Assembly: GCA_031411295.1 (NCBI GenBank)
Contig: JANOAV010000086.1
Location: 1 to 64,000 of the forward strand
Reading direction: 5' to 3'
Origin: Verrucomicrobiales bacterium
GTDB taxonomy: Bacteria; Verrucomicrobiota; Verrucomicrobiia; Verrucomicrobiales; V1-33
DNA: 64,000 bases
The position numbers and the translations under genes were made by a program. Under the pieces are notes generated by a model. That model saw only the letters and a program-made list of their open reading frames with translations. It made no database searches and was not told where the DNA came from. Below are positions 50,241 to 60,030 of the stretch, in pieces (position 1 is the stretch's first letter; each line of letters begins with the position of its first letter).

Positions 50241-50811
50241 AGGGCCATGGTCCAGGCGGAACTGGAACAACCGTTGGAGTTCCGGCCTTTAGGCGGAGGA
50301 TCAGGCTCAGGGGCTGGCGCGGCGGGCTTGTCGTGTTGCTCCGGCTGAAGCCTGCTGAAGCCGGGACTCCAACTCTTGGCGCAATCGGTGCCTGCGAGGC
50401 TTGGGGTGGGATGAAAAAGCGGGCGCAATGCTAATGGCGGCGGGACGCGCGCCACTCCCAGTGTTCGCCTCTTTTTGAGCAGTCCAGCGGACGGCTCCAC
50501 ATTCGCTCAAAATTGCTGAAGAAGGTAGGGAGGGCCATGGTCCAGGCGGAACTGGAACAACCGTTGGAGTTCCGGCCTTTAGGCGCCTTTAGGCGGAGGA
50601 TCAGGCTCAGGGGGCTGGCGCGGCGGGCTTGTCGTGTTGCTCCGGCTGAAGCCCGGGACTCCAACTCTTGGCGCAATCGGTGCCTGCGAGGCTTGGGGCG
50701 GGATGAAAAAGCGGGTGCAATGCGAATGGCGGCGGGACGCGCGCCACTCCCAGTGTTCGCCTCTTTTTGAGCAGTCCAGCGGACTGCTCCACATTCGCTC
50801 AAAATTGCTGA
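50241..50811. repeat. Tandem duplication of a ~280-bp REP mosaic
   Basis: 50241-50519 and 50531-50811 are near identical apart from short indels. Confidence 0.92.
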
Positions 50812-50812
50812 G

Positions 50813-51013
50813 GGAGGCGTTACGCTTCGACAATTGGCCCCTGTCCTGCGACAGTCCTCTGAGAAACTCTGCCGTGAGATTAATCCTCATGTGCTCTCTC
50901 CCGCCGAGTGGACGACCAAGCTGCACCGTGCGGACGTGTTCTGCGCCCGCGTGGCGGCCGAACCGAAAATTTTTCTGAAGGGAGGGGCGGATGAGCTGAA
51001 CAGACTGGGGTAA
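50813..51013 (+). pseudogene. 3' remnant of an HTH-nucleotidyltransferase (MNT antitoxin-like) gene
   Basis: Hand translation: GGVTLRQLAPVLRQSSEKLCREINPHVLSPAEW..PKIFLKGGADEL; the 5' part is missing. Confidence 0.6.
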
Positions 51014-51408
51014 GAACGGCAGGATGTCGTTGGCTCTGCCGTAGTCCGCCGCGAATATGACAGCAGTCGGCCCGACTGATCCCGCCCCACTCCAGCCACC
51101 GCAGTCCAGCGGACTGCGACCACCTTCCCGCCGCGCTGGAGGTGTTGAAAAAGTCGCTGCTGCCGCGGGGCTTTTTGCCGGAGAGGTGTGAAATGACTTG
51201 GTTGACACCGTTGATCCTTTTGGCGAAGTTTGTGGTGCGCGTGCGGCGGGCTCATCCTAGGCACCTTAGCCGATCTCGTGCACCGCTCCACCGTTCGACC
51301 CTCCTCCCATGCCTAAGTTGTTCGACAAACACGGTGGATTCCGCCGGCGGCATTCCTTCACGCTGGCCTGCCCTTATCCGCCATCCTAAGTAAACTCATT
51401 CGACAGTC

Positions 51409-52350
51409 ATGAACGAATCCATCATGAAATCCACGCTGAACCGAGGAGCGTCCAGCCAGCATCGCCCCAGCAGGCACCTTGCGGACCCGGGAATGATCGT
51501 TTCCGATCAGGTCGCCAGGCAGCGATCCGCATCCCTCACGCTCAGAGACGCCATCGCTCTTGGGTGGTTCGTGATGGTCTGGGGGCTGCGCGCTTTATGG
51601 GCGGGTGGTCTGATGATTTGCCGGGCCTCATTTCCCCGCCCCATTATGTTCATCCTGCTGGCGTCGAGTGCGGGGGCACTGCAGGGAGGGGAGAAAGACG
51701 CGGCCAAACCATTGACCGCACAACTGTTCAGCGCGGGGATTGTCGATGCGTCAGGAAGAATCGGATACGTTGACAACGGCAAGGACACGATTGTGGCGAT
51801 CGAACTTACGACCGGGAAGGAACTCTGGAAATCAGGCGGTGTGATGCAACCGATCATGGGGTTCGAGGGACAATTGCTGGTCCTCGTCTGGCAGGACCGG
51901 GAGTTGCGGCTGCACTGGATCGAGGCGGCAACGGGTAAATTCATGCGCGCATCAAGTCCGATGGCCCTGCCCAAATGGAGCGACCGGCCGATCCGATTGG
52001 GTGGCCGTGGGGGGATCCAGGAGGGGGATTTGCTACTGGAGTGTTTCATTACCGAAGACTCCAACGGTGGTGCGGCTCCGCACACGAGTATGATCCATGC
52101 GAGGATTGCCCTCGATACCGGCAAGGTCACCCTGGTGCCTGCGGGTGAAGCGGGCCAGTCATTCAGCCAGCTCGCTCCCAAGGACTTGAAGAAAGTGGGC
52201 GAACTGACGTTCGATATCACCCAGACCACGGAGAGCAAAGCCCCGCATTTCTTGACGATGAAGCGCACGCTACGGGCGCTGAACGCCGAGGGCAAGGTGG
52301 TCTGGACGCGGAAGCTCCCTGATTGGGAAATCGGCCCGCCGAAACCGTGA
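51409..52350 (+). CDS. Hypothetical protein with PQQ-like beta-propeller motifs (start uncertain, possibly ~51646)
   Basis: AIELTTGKELW, IEAATGK and ALNAEGKVVW. Confidence 0.6.
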   Translation: MNESIMKSTLNRGASSQHRPSRHLADPGMIVSDQVARQRSASLTLRDAIALGWFVMVWGLRALWAGGLMICRASFPRPIMFILLASSAGALQGGEKDAAKPLTAQLFSAGIVDASGRIGYVDNGKDTIVAIELTTGKELWKSGGVMQPIMGFEGQLLVLVWQDRELRLHWIEAATGKFMRASSPMALPKWSDRPIRLGGRGGIQEGDLLLECFITEDSNGGAAPHTSMIHARIALDTGKVTLVPAGEAGQSFSQLAPKDLKKVGELTFDITQTTESKAPHFLTMKRTLRALNAEGKVVWTRKLPDWEIGPPKP

Positions 52351-52364
52351 ACCACGTAAGGGGA

Positions 52365-53717
52365 CTAGAGCAACTGATGGGTCTGGAGGTCCAAGGTGAA
52401 GTGATCGCTGGTTTGCCAATTAAGCGCTTGATTGGCTTCTGACGGGTTGAGGGAGCAGAAGGTTCCTTGGATCTGGTGCTGGTCCAAGTCGATGGTGATG
52501 CTCAGGAAGCCAAAGTTGAGATCGTCACAAGCGACCACGTGGGCTTGATCCCCTGCGGGAAGGGAGGTGCCCTCGGGCAGCACGATGTCGCGCGGGACGG
52601 ATGGTGGGAGAGCGTTAGGATCTGGCTCATCACCGCACGCTGTCAGCAGTCGTTCAATGGGGGAATGTCCGCCGCACCCAGCGATGAGGTAGGGGATTTG
52701 GCGACCGTCAGCGTAGGTGTAGGTGATGCGCTGGTAGAGGTGGGCATGGGCGGAAAGCACGAGGTCTGGATAACATTCGGTCTTGGCGAAGACGGCCTGC
52801 AGCACGTCCGCCAGGGTGGAGGCGCCACTGACTTGTCCTTCCGGGTGGCTTGGTTTCAGGGTCTTGGGATCGATGGCTCTGGTGGCGTTAGGATCGCCCC
52901 GCTGGGCGAAATTGCTGGATCCGGAGTAAACCGGATAATGCAAGGTGAGCACGACTGCTTTACCATCGGCCAGTCCCTTGATACGGAGCAGGGTCTTGAT
53001 GAACCAGTCCAGTTGCGGGGTGGGATGCTTGGGATCCGGGGTGGTCACCTGGGTCAGAGGCGTGTCCAGCAGACCACCATTGGCGACATTGGTGTAAAGG
53101 CCAATGATATGGGCCACGGGAGTTTCGAGCACCCAGTAGGGGAACGGCTGGGTCATCGCTTGTCGCTTCGCGCTGGGATCATCGTTGGGGGACTTTCGTT
53201 TCGGTTGGCAGAAGTTATCAATGAAATGCTGATTCGCAGCGTCGGCGGCGGTTACTTCAGGCTTGTGCTTGGTGGCAGGTTTGGGCCCCTTGCCGTCGTG
53301 GTTTCCAGCAATGGCAAAGATTTCCTTCGGGTAGTCAGCATACTGTTGATAGAACTGGGCGGTGTAGAGGTCGGCCTGGGTGAGAGAGGTATCATCATCG
53401 CTGGTATAAACGATGTCTCCCAAATGAAACAAGAACGAGGCGGGAGGAACGTCGGAGTAAGTGGTGCTATCCATGGTCATGGCCTGCGCCACGGCCAGGC
53501 CTGGCGCGGAGTTGGTGGGATCCCCGGAACAGCCGACGCTGTGAAAGGTCATGGCGTTCACAGTGGTGATGCGATTCGCTTCGTCTGGCGCAATCTGCGC
53601 CAAGTCCAGAGTCATCGGGAAACCGGGGACCAAGGTGGTGGGGAGGGGAGTCCAAATGCCATTTTCGACGCAGGCATTGGGGTCGGAAGAACTATCGCTC
53701 GGTTGGGGTGATTTCAT
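52365..53717 (-). CDS. Metallophosphoesterase, purple-acid-phosphatase-like
   Basis: HLGDIVY, AGNHD, HYPVY and SAHAHLYQR. Confidence 0.85.
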   Translation of the reverse strand: MKSPQPSDSSSDPNACVENGIWTPLPTTLVPGFPMTLDLAQIAPDEANRITTVNAMTFHSVGCSGDPTNSAPGLAVAQAMTMDSTTYSDVPPASFLFHLGDIVYTSDDDTSLTQADLYTAQFYQQYADYPKEIFAIAGNHDGKGPKPATKHKPEVTAADAANQHFIDNFCQPKRKSPNDDPSAKRQAMTQPFPYWVLETPVAHIIGLYTNVANGGLLDTPLTQVTTPDPKHPTPQLDWFIKTLLRIKGLADGKAVVLTLHYPVYSGSSNFAQRGDPNATRAIDPKTLKPSHPEGQVSGASTLADVLQAVFAKTECYPDLVLSAHAHLYQRITYTYADGRQIPYLIAGCGGHSPIERLLTACGDEPDPNALPPSVPRDIVLPEGTSLPAGDQAHVVACDDLNFGFLSITIDLDQHQIQGTFCSLNPSEANQALNWQTSDHFTLDLQTHQLL

Positions 53718-53749
53718 GGGTGCTTGGAGGTTTGGTGGGTAAAGCTACG

Positions 53750-55072
53750 TTAGTCTATGGATGGAGTGATAGAGGGGGCCGGTGGTTGGTGACGGCGGAT
53801 GAGGACTTTGTCGATGCGTTGACGGTCCATGTCGATGATTTCAAAATCAAAGCCGCCGGCGGAAAAGGTATCGCCTTCGACGGGGAGTCGATCCATGGCA
53901 TGGACGATGAAGCCGGCCAGGGTCTGGAAGGGTTCGGCTTCAGCCTCGACGGCGGCGGCTAGATCCGGGAGTTGTTGGATGACGAGGTCGATCTCCATGA
54001 CGCCGTCCACGAACCAGGCTTGATCGCCTGCGGAGCGCAGCGAGGGGGGATTGAGGGTGGGATCCTGAGAGCGAAATTCCACCATGACTTCCTCGATTAA
54101 ATCCGTCAGGGAAATGAGTCCGCGAATGGTGCCAAACTCGTCGGTCACGAGGGCGGCTCCCAGCTTGGACTGGCCAAGGGTCTTCATGAGGCTGAGGGCG
54201 GGCTGATTCTCTGCGACGAAGACGGGTGGCTGCATGATGTCCTTGAGGGACTGGGCTTGCCCGCTGGCGGCCATGGCGTAAAGATCCCGCAGGGAAACAA
54301 GGCCTGCGATTTCGTCCCGGCTGCTTTCATACACTGGAAAGACGATCTGGCTGCTGGCTGCGACCTGGGTGGTGTAGTCGGCGGGTTGGTCATGCACGTG
54401 GAGGAAGAGGACTTTGGGCTTTGGTTGCATGATTTCCTCCGCCAGCACTTCACGCAGGTCGAAGACGCCAGCCACCATGCGGCTTTCTTCCGGGTGCACG
54501 CCACCGGTGACAAGTCCCTCCCGGATGAGCACTTGGACTTCCTCCCGGGTGGGGCCGCTGAGAGGTTGGGCTTTCCCGAAGAGGCGCATGAGGACGCGGG
54601 TGCTCACGCCGAGGAGCCAGACGAGGGGATAGGCCAGGCGCGAGAGCAGGTGCATGGGGGCGGCCATGAAGCAGGCGATGGCTTCCGGATTGCGCAGGGC
54701 TAAATTTTTGGGAACCAACTCTCCAATGATAAGGGAAAGATAGGTAATGAAGGCGACGACCAGGGCGAACGACACCTGTTGGGCATTGGGGGCGAGCCAA
54801 GGGATGGTCTCCAGCACCGGGGTGACGTAGCTGGCCAGACTGGCTCCCCCAAAGGCCCCGGCCAGCACGCCGACGAGGGTGATTCCCACCTGCACGGTGC
54901 TGAGAAATTGCTCGGGGTCGGCTGCCAGTCGCAAGGCTAAAGCGGCCCCGGACTGGCCTTCGTCGGCGCGTTGTTGCAGGCGCGCCCGCTTGGCAGAAAC
55001 CAGGGCGATCTCCGCCATGGCGAAGACGCCATTGAAGACAAGCAGGAGCAGGATGATGGAAAGTTCGAGCAT
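53750..55072 (-). CDS. HlyC/CorC (hemolysin-family) CNNM-CBS transporter
   Basis: NGVFAMAEIALVS, FLSTVQVGIT, GELVPK, DEFG and DMDRQRIDKV; start placed at MLELSII. Confidence 0.93.
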   Translation of the reverse strand: MLELSIILLLLVFNGVFAMAEIALVSAKRARLQQRADEGQSGAALALRLAADPEQFLSTVQVGITLVGVLAGAFGGASLASYVTPVLETIPWLAPNAQQVSFALVVAFITYLSLIIGELVPKNLALRNPEAIACFMAAPMHLLSRLAYPLVWLLGVSTRVLMRLFGKAQPLSGPTREEVQVLIREGLVTGGVHPEESRMVAGVFDLREVLAEEIMQPKPKVLFLHVHDQPADYTTQVAASSQIVFPVYESSRDEIAGLVSLRDLYAMAASGQAQSLKDIMQPPVFVAENQPALSLMKTLGQSKLGAALVTDEFGTIRGLISLTDLIEEVMVEFRSQDPTLNPPSLRSAGDQAWFVDGVMEIDLVIQQLPDLAAAVEAEAEPFQTLAGFIVHAMDRLPVEGDTFSAGGFDFEIIDMDRQRIDKVLIRRHQPPAPSITPSID

Positions 55073-55267
55073 AGGGGGATCCGCTTGGTGAAAGAAGCGA
55101 GGACGCGCTGCTCCTACACTGGAATTGCCGCAAGAGCAACCTTGGACCGTCAATCCGCTACAGCGTCCTCTGCGGGGTGCGGATTGGGATTGCAATGGTG
55201 GTGACGTGGGGTATAGCACAGGGCCGGGCGGCGGTAGTTCGCGGTCGCTGGCGATTCCCTTTTTATT

Positions 55268-56302
55268 ATGAGCATTTCTCTGCGTTCCTTGTGTGGTCTG
55301 GGTCGAAGCATGGCTTGGGCTGGATTCCTGTCCTTTGGCGTCCCGAGCTTGGTGCCCGCGCTGTGGGCACAGGACACGAATCTGTATCGGGGCACGCAGG
55401 TGCCGCCGGAAGTGGAGCGGATGTATACCAAGGGGCTGAAATGGCTGGTGGCGAATCAAGCAGAGGATGGTGGGTTCCCGGGCAACTATGGATCCGAACC
55501 GGCCATGGCCAGTCTGGCGGCTTTGGGGATGCTGGCGCATGGTGAGGATCCCAATTTCGGTCCCTATGCGAAGTCGATCAAACGCTGCCTGGAGAAGATC
55601 CTGGCGAGCACGCGGAAGGACAATGGCTACATTGGGAACTCGATGTATAACCACGGCTTCAGCACGCTGGCGTTGGCAGAATTATACGGCACGCTCAATG
55701 ATGACCGGATTGCCCCGGCCCTGCAGAAGGCGGTGGATTTGATCCTAACTTCGCAGTCGAAAAATCCCCAGAAGGCCTGGCGTTACTCCCCGGAAGCGCA
55801 GGATGCAGACTCCACGGTGAGCGGCGCGTGCTTCGTGGCGCTGATAGCGGCACGGAATGCCGGACTGAAGGTGCCGGACAAGGCGATCGATGACTGTCTG
55901 AAATTTTACTCCGATTGCCAATCGCCTTCGGACGGCGGGATTGGTTATCTGCCGCGCTCCGGGAGCCATGGGGGATCCACCACGGCCATTGGGGTGGCGG
56001 TCTATGCGTATGCCAGGAAGAAGGATGTGCCGGTGTTCCAGAAGGCGTTCAAGGCGTTGAAAGCGCAGGAGGAGGGGAGCAGCAGCTACCCCTACTACTT
56101 CGAATATTATGCGGCTCAGGCTTATTTCCAGAGTGATGTCAAAGAATGGCAGGGATGGAATGAGAAGCTGATCAAAAAACTGGCCGAAGCGCAAACGGAT
56201 GACGGAAGTTGGGAAGGCGGCATGGGACCAGCCATGAGCACCACGATGGGGCTGCTGTCGCTGGCCTTGAACTATCGCTATTTGCCGATCTATGAGCGTT
56301 AA
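55268..56302 (+). CDS. Prenyltransferase / squalene-cyclase-repeat protein
   Basis: QAEDGGF, MYNHGF.TLALAE, WRY.P and QTDDGSW. Confidence 0.85.
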   Translation: MSISLRSLCGLGRSMAWAGFLSFGVPSLVPALWAQDTNLYRGTQVPPEVERMYTKGLKWLVANQAEDGGFPGNYGSEPAMASLAALGMLAHGEDPNFGPYAKSIKRCLEKILASTRKDNGYIGNSMYNHGFSTLALAELYGTLNDDRIAPALQKAVDLILTSQSKNPQKAWRYSPEAQDADSTVSGACFVALIAARNAGLKVPDKAIDDCLKFYSDCQSPSDGGIGYLPRSGSHGGSTTAIGVAVYAYARKKDVPVFQKAFKALKAQEEGSSSYPYYFEYYAAQAYFQSDVKEWQGWNEKLIKKLAEAQTDDGSWEGGMGPAMSTTMGLLSLALNYRYLPIYER

Positions 56303-59093
56303 TGTTTCCAGGCTAGGGCAACAATGTCTTCTGCTCACCTGGCTCGCCAGTGCCGGTCTTGGTTGGGGGCGTCAGGGAGGAATCCCCGGTCCGACGATTG
56401 CCAAGCCCTCGCAGCCGTTCGACCCCGCCGGGATTCATGTGGTGGAGTTCACAGACGATTCGATGCTGCATGGGACCGTGGCCAGTATCACGGCAGAAAC
56501 CCTGACGTTGCAGCGCTCGGATGCTTCAGCGTCGATGGCATTTCCCATCGCGACGCTTAATCGCGTGGTCTTCGACAGTGAACCGGATCAGGATGGGCTG
56601 GTGCCGCGTTCGACGGTGCAATTAATTACGGGGGATTGGTTCGTGGCGGATGTGCTGCTGGTGAAAGAAGGCAAGGTGGAACTGCGGTTGGCGAATCAAC
56701 AACGTATCACGCTGGAGCAAAAGTGGATCGAGTGGATCTGCTTCGCCAAGGGAGCGGCTCCGGATGTCTTCCACGGCCCGGAATCACTGGACGGCTGGAA
56801 TACGAATGGAAGTTGGACCTGTGAGGAAGGGGTGCTGCGCTGTCAGCAGTTGGGGAACATTGGACGAAATTTCCCCGTGGTGCCGGATCGCATCGATCTG
56901 CAATTCGAAATGGAAAAGAGTGAGGTGCAAAAGAACTTCATGATGAGCTTCAACTTTTCCCGGCAGGCGGATGGGCTCCAAGGATCGAACGGGAGTGCCT
57001 GGACGCAGGTGCGGCTCAACGAAGGGCAGCTCTACATTTATGCTGCCAGCGGTAATAAGAACAAGAACACCAGTTCATCGCTCCCACGTCAGGTGACGAA
57101 GCCGAACGAGCAGGGGATGTTCCGCTATCGCATTCTGTTTGATCGGGTGGTGGGCCGCATGGTGTTGTTGATTAATGGCAAGATCGTGGCGGATCAGGAG
57201 ATCCCGGCCATGGACCCTGGCACGTGGAGTGGAGCCATGACCTTCCAGCCGATGCGTTGGGGCGCTGAATCGGAATGGATGCTGCGCCAGATCCACATGC
57301 TGCCGTGGGATGGTCAGTTGCCTGCGGGGTCGGGAGAAGGGGCGAGCACGCCGGCGCGCCTGGATACCCTAACGATGGATGATGGCACGGTGAAGTTGGG
57401 GCGGATGGAAGCCGTGATGGGCACGGTGGTGCGCTTCCGTTCGGCCAATGGGTCGGAAGACATTGATCGCAGCATGGTGTCCATGCTGCGGCTGCATCGT
57501 GCGGAGCCGGACCTTGCGTTGCCGGCGGCCAAGGGGCCGCGGATTTCGCTGACGGATCGTGGGGAAATCCGCTTGGAGTCCCTGCAACTGGCGGAGCGGA
57601 CTTACACGCTGACCACGACGTTTGCCGGGGAACTGAAGTTTCCCGCCAAGGCGGTTTACTCCCTGCATTATCCGAACCCAGAGAAGAAAGAGTTGGCGAT
57701 CACGGATCGTTTGGTGTTCCGGAATGGCGATCAACTGCGGGGCACCTTGAAGGAAGCAGGCCACGATACGCCCATTCAATGGCTGATCCCTGAAGGCCCC
57801 CAGATTGCATTTGAAACGAAACGCGTGGGCGGCGTCCTGCTTGCACCACGGACCAACGGGGCCACCGAAGCGGGCGATTGTGTGGTGCGGTTCCGCAATG
57901 GCGATTGGCTGGGGGGACAATTTATCGAGTTAGGAAAGGAGCAATTGCGCCTGCGCAGCGGTTTCGGGAACGAGGTCTCGATTGCGCGCCCCAAAGTGCA
58001 GACGCTCTATTTATCGAGTCCCGGCAAGGCCGCCATTTGGGAGGGGGCCACGCAGCCCCAGAGCTGGTGGAAGGGCGCGACTGGCCCCGGTGGAAACTGG
58101 GTGGAGGATAATGGAGATGAGACCAGAGCGCTGTTGTCGCGCAAAAAAGTTTATTTGGACGGTGCGTTTCTGGTGCCAGGCAATGCCGGCCGCAATGGCG
58201 GGATCGGCAAGCAACTGGAGGGGTTGCCGGAGCGGGTGGAGGTGACTTTTGAGGTGGCCGGGGCCAATGCCAGTCCCGCCTTCAATCTCCAATTGTTCTA
58301 CGAGAATCAGGGCAACAATGGCTTGATGCTGCAAGTCTGGCAGGGCGGGATTTACGTCTACGACATGACGCCACGGGATCGCAAAGGGGGGGCGTTCATG
58401 GGAGGGCAACCTCAGCAGGTGCAATGGGGGGATAAAATCGATGCGAGCGCACGGCGGCATCGGTTCCGGATCCTGGCGGATCGTCGCGCGCACAAGGCCA
58501 CCGTATTTATTGATGATGTGCAGATTGCAGTCGTGAATCGTAAGCCGAGCAAGGAAGGTGGCGTGGAAACGCTCTGGGGCAACGGGATCTCTTTCAGCAG
58601 CAACAGTGGGAATGCCGCCTTGATCTTCAATCGGCTGTGGGTGTCCCCTTGGAATGGGCAAATGCCAACTCCCGACAAAGCGGGGGCTCCGCAAGAATCG
58701 GTGGCGCTGGCGAATGGTGACGAGGCCAAGGCGGCCATCAAGACAGGCACGGCCAAGGGATTTACGCTGGATTTCGATGGGGAGCCCTTGGAAATTCCGC
58801 GCGAAAAGATTCTCCTGGCAGACTTCGGTATCAGTCCGCCCGAGGAAACCCCGAAACTAAGTCTAACGGAGGGATCGATTGCCCCCCGCCTGCGCTTGAG
58901 CCAGGGGGGCGCACTCACCGTGGAAACGCTCCGCATCAGTGAAGGCGAAGTGCAGTGCAGCAGTGCGAGCTTTGGGGACCTCAAGGTTCCGTTAGCCAGT
59001 TTCAGTGAAATTGTCTGGAGTGGGTTGGATCGCGATATTCAAAATTTGCAGAACAAGCCGCGTTCTCCGACGCGCAAGGTGCCCAAGCCGTAG
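56292..59093 (+). CDS. Hypothetical secreted protein with repeated small beta modules
   Basis: 933 aa; repeated (F/L)xxGD.(L/F).G modules; overlaps the upstream gene. Confidence 0.8.
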   Translation: MSVNVSRLGQQCLLLTWLASAGLGWGRQGGIPGPTIAKPSQPFDPAGIHVVEFTDDSMLHGTVASITAETLTLQRSDASASMAFPIATLNRVVFDSEPDQDGLVPRSTVQLITGDWFVADVLLVKEGKVELRLANQQRITLEQKWIEWICFAKGAAPDVFHGPESLDGWNTNGSWTCEEGVLRCQQLGNIGRNFPVVPDRIDLQFEMEKSEVQKNFMMSFNFSRQADGLQGSNGSAWTQVRLNEGQLYIYAASGNKNKNTSSSLPRQVTKPNEQGMFRYRILFDRVVGRMVLLINGKIVADQEIPAMDPGTWSGAMTFQPMRWGAESEWMLRQIHMLPWDGQLPAGSGEGASTPARLDTLTMDDGTVKLGRMEAVMGTVVRFRSANGSEDIDRSMVSMLRLHRAEPDLALPAAKGPRISLTDRGEIRLESLQLAERTYTLTTTFAGELKFPAKAVYSLHYPNPEKKELAITDRLVFRNGDQLRGTLKEAGHDTPIQWLIPEGPQIAFETKRVGGVLLAPRTNGATEAGDCVVRFRNGDWLGGQFIELGKEQLRLRSGFGNEVSIARPKVQTLYLSSPGKAAIWEGATQPQSWWKGATGPGGNWVEDNGDETRALLSRKKVYLDGAFLVPGNAGRNGGIGKQLEGLPERVEVTFEVAGANASPAFNLQLFYENQGNNGLMLQVWQGGIYVYDMTPRDRKGGAFMGGQPQQVQWGDKIDASARRHRFRILADRRAHKATVFIDDVQIAVVNRKPSKEGGVETLWGNGISFSSNSGNAALIFNRLWVSPWNGQMPTPDKAGAPQESVALANGDEAKAAIKTGTAKGFTLDFDGEPLEIPREKILLADFGISPPEETPKLSLTEGSIAPRLRLSQGGALTVETLRISEGEVQCSSASFGDLKVPLASFSEIVWSGLDRDIQNLQNKPRSPTRKVPKP

Positions 59094-59117
59094 CGGGCGC
59101 TGAGATTTGTCCCACCC

Positions 59118-59993
59118 ATGATTCATCGTGAGCTTCCGATTCGTGCCGCCACGGAAACCCTCCTGGCCCATGGCATCACGCCAGACCGCTGCGAGATCCT
59201 GCAGGATGGAAGCACGCTGGTGCTGCGCCTAACGGAATCGCTGGTGGCGAGGGTGGTGCAGGATGTGACCGGACCGCGGCAGGGCACGGAGTGGTTCGCC
59301 CGGGAAAATGCGGTGGCGCAGCATCTCACGGACCACGGGGCTCCGGTGATTCCGTTGCATCTGGACCTGCCGCCGGGGCCGCATGAGCACTTGGGTTATC
59401 CCATGAACTTCTGGCAATATGTCCAGGTGGTCGATGCTCCCATCGATGCCAGTGCGGTGGGGCGCACGCTACACGAATGCCACGAGGTCTTGCGCTCGTT
59501 GTCTCAACCTTTGCCGCCGCTGGCCATCCTAACGGAGAGCCTGGCGTTGTTGGAACCGCTGGCGCAGCAAGCGTTGTTTCCTGCGTCCACCATTGAGTTG
59601 CTCCGCCATCATCTGGTCAGCTCAATCGCCATTTTGCGGGAGTTTCCGCACCAACCGCTGCATGGCGATGCCCACATGGGGAATCTCCTGAACACGAATC
59701 TCGGGCTGCTCTGGACGGATTGGGAGGATGCCTTTGCGGGACCGGTGGAATGGGATTTGGCATCAATCATCTGGAACGCCAAATTCTTGGAGCAAGACCA
59801 CGAGACCGTGAATCAAATCCTAACGGCATATCGTGCGGTCGGAGGCCGGATTGACGAGCGGGCGCTGGAGCAAAGCCTCATCGCCCGGGCCGCCGTGATG
59901 AGCGCCTGGTATCCGATCCTGTATCCCCGGCCAAATGCCGAGCGTCGCGCCAAGCTGCAGCAGCGACTGGTCTGGCTGGAGGCGCAGCGGTGA
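59118..59993 (+). CDS. Aminoglycoside-phosphotransferase-family kinase
   Basis: LHGDAHMGN, DWED and GPVEWDLA. Confidence 0.88.
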   Translation: MIHRELPIRAATETLLAHGITPDRCEILQDGSTLVLRLTESLVARVVQDVTGPRQGTEWFARENAVAQHLTDHGAPVIPLHLDLPPGPHEHLGYPMNFWQYVQVVDAPIDASAVGRTLHECHEVLRSLSQPLPPLAILTESLALLEPLAQQALFPASTIELLRHHLVSSIAILREFPHQPLHGDAHMGNLLNTNLGLLWTDWEDAFAGPVEWDLASIIWNAKFLEQDHETVNQILTAYRAVGGRIDERALEQSLIARAAVMSAWYPILYPRPNAERRAKLQQRLVWLEAQR

Positions 59994-60030
59994 AAGGTAG
60001 TCCGGGCTACCCGTCGAACGGGGGCGGAGC

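Noticed and set aside
50135..51208. Several 60-209 aa ORFs over the duplicated region
   Set aside because: They translate REP repeats and lack coding features.
55073..55654. N-terminal extension of the 634-aa HlyC/CorC ORF
   Set aside because: It overlaps the opposite-strand prenyltransferase-repeat gene, and family similarity begins at ATG 55072.
59118..59993. Antibiotic resistance gene
   Set aside because: Only generic APH/choline-kinase fold motifs; no evidence for an aminoglycoside substrate or a mobile context.
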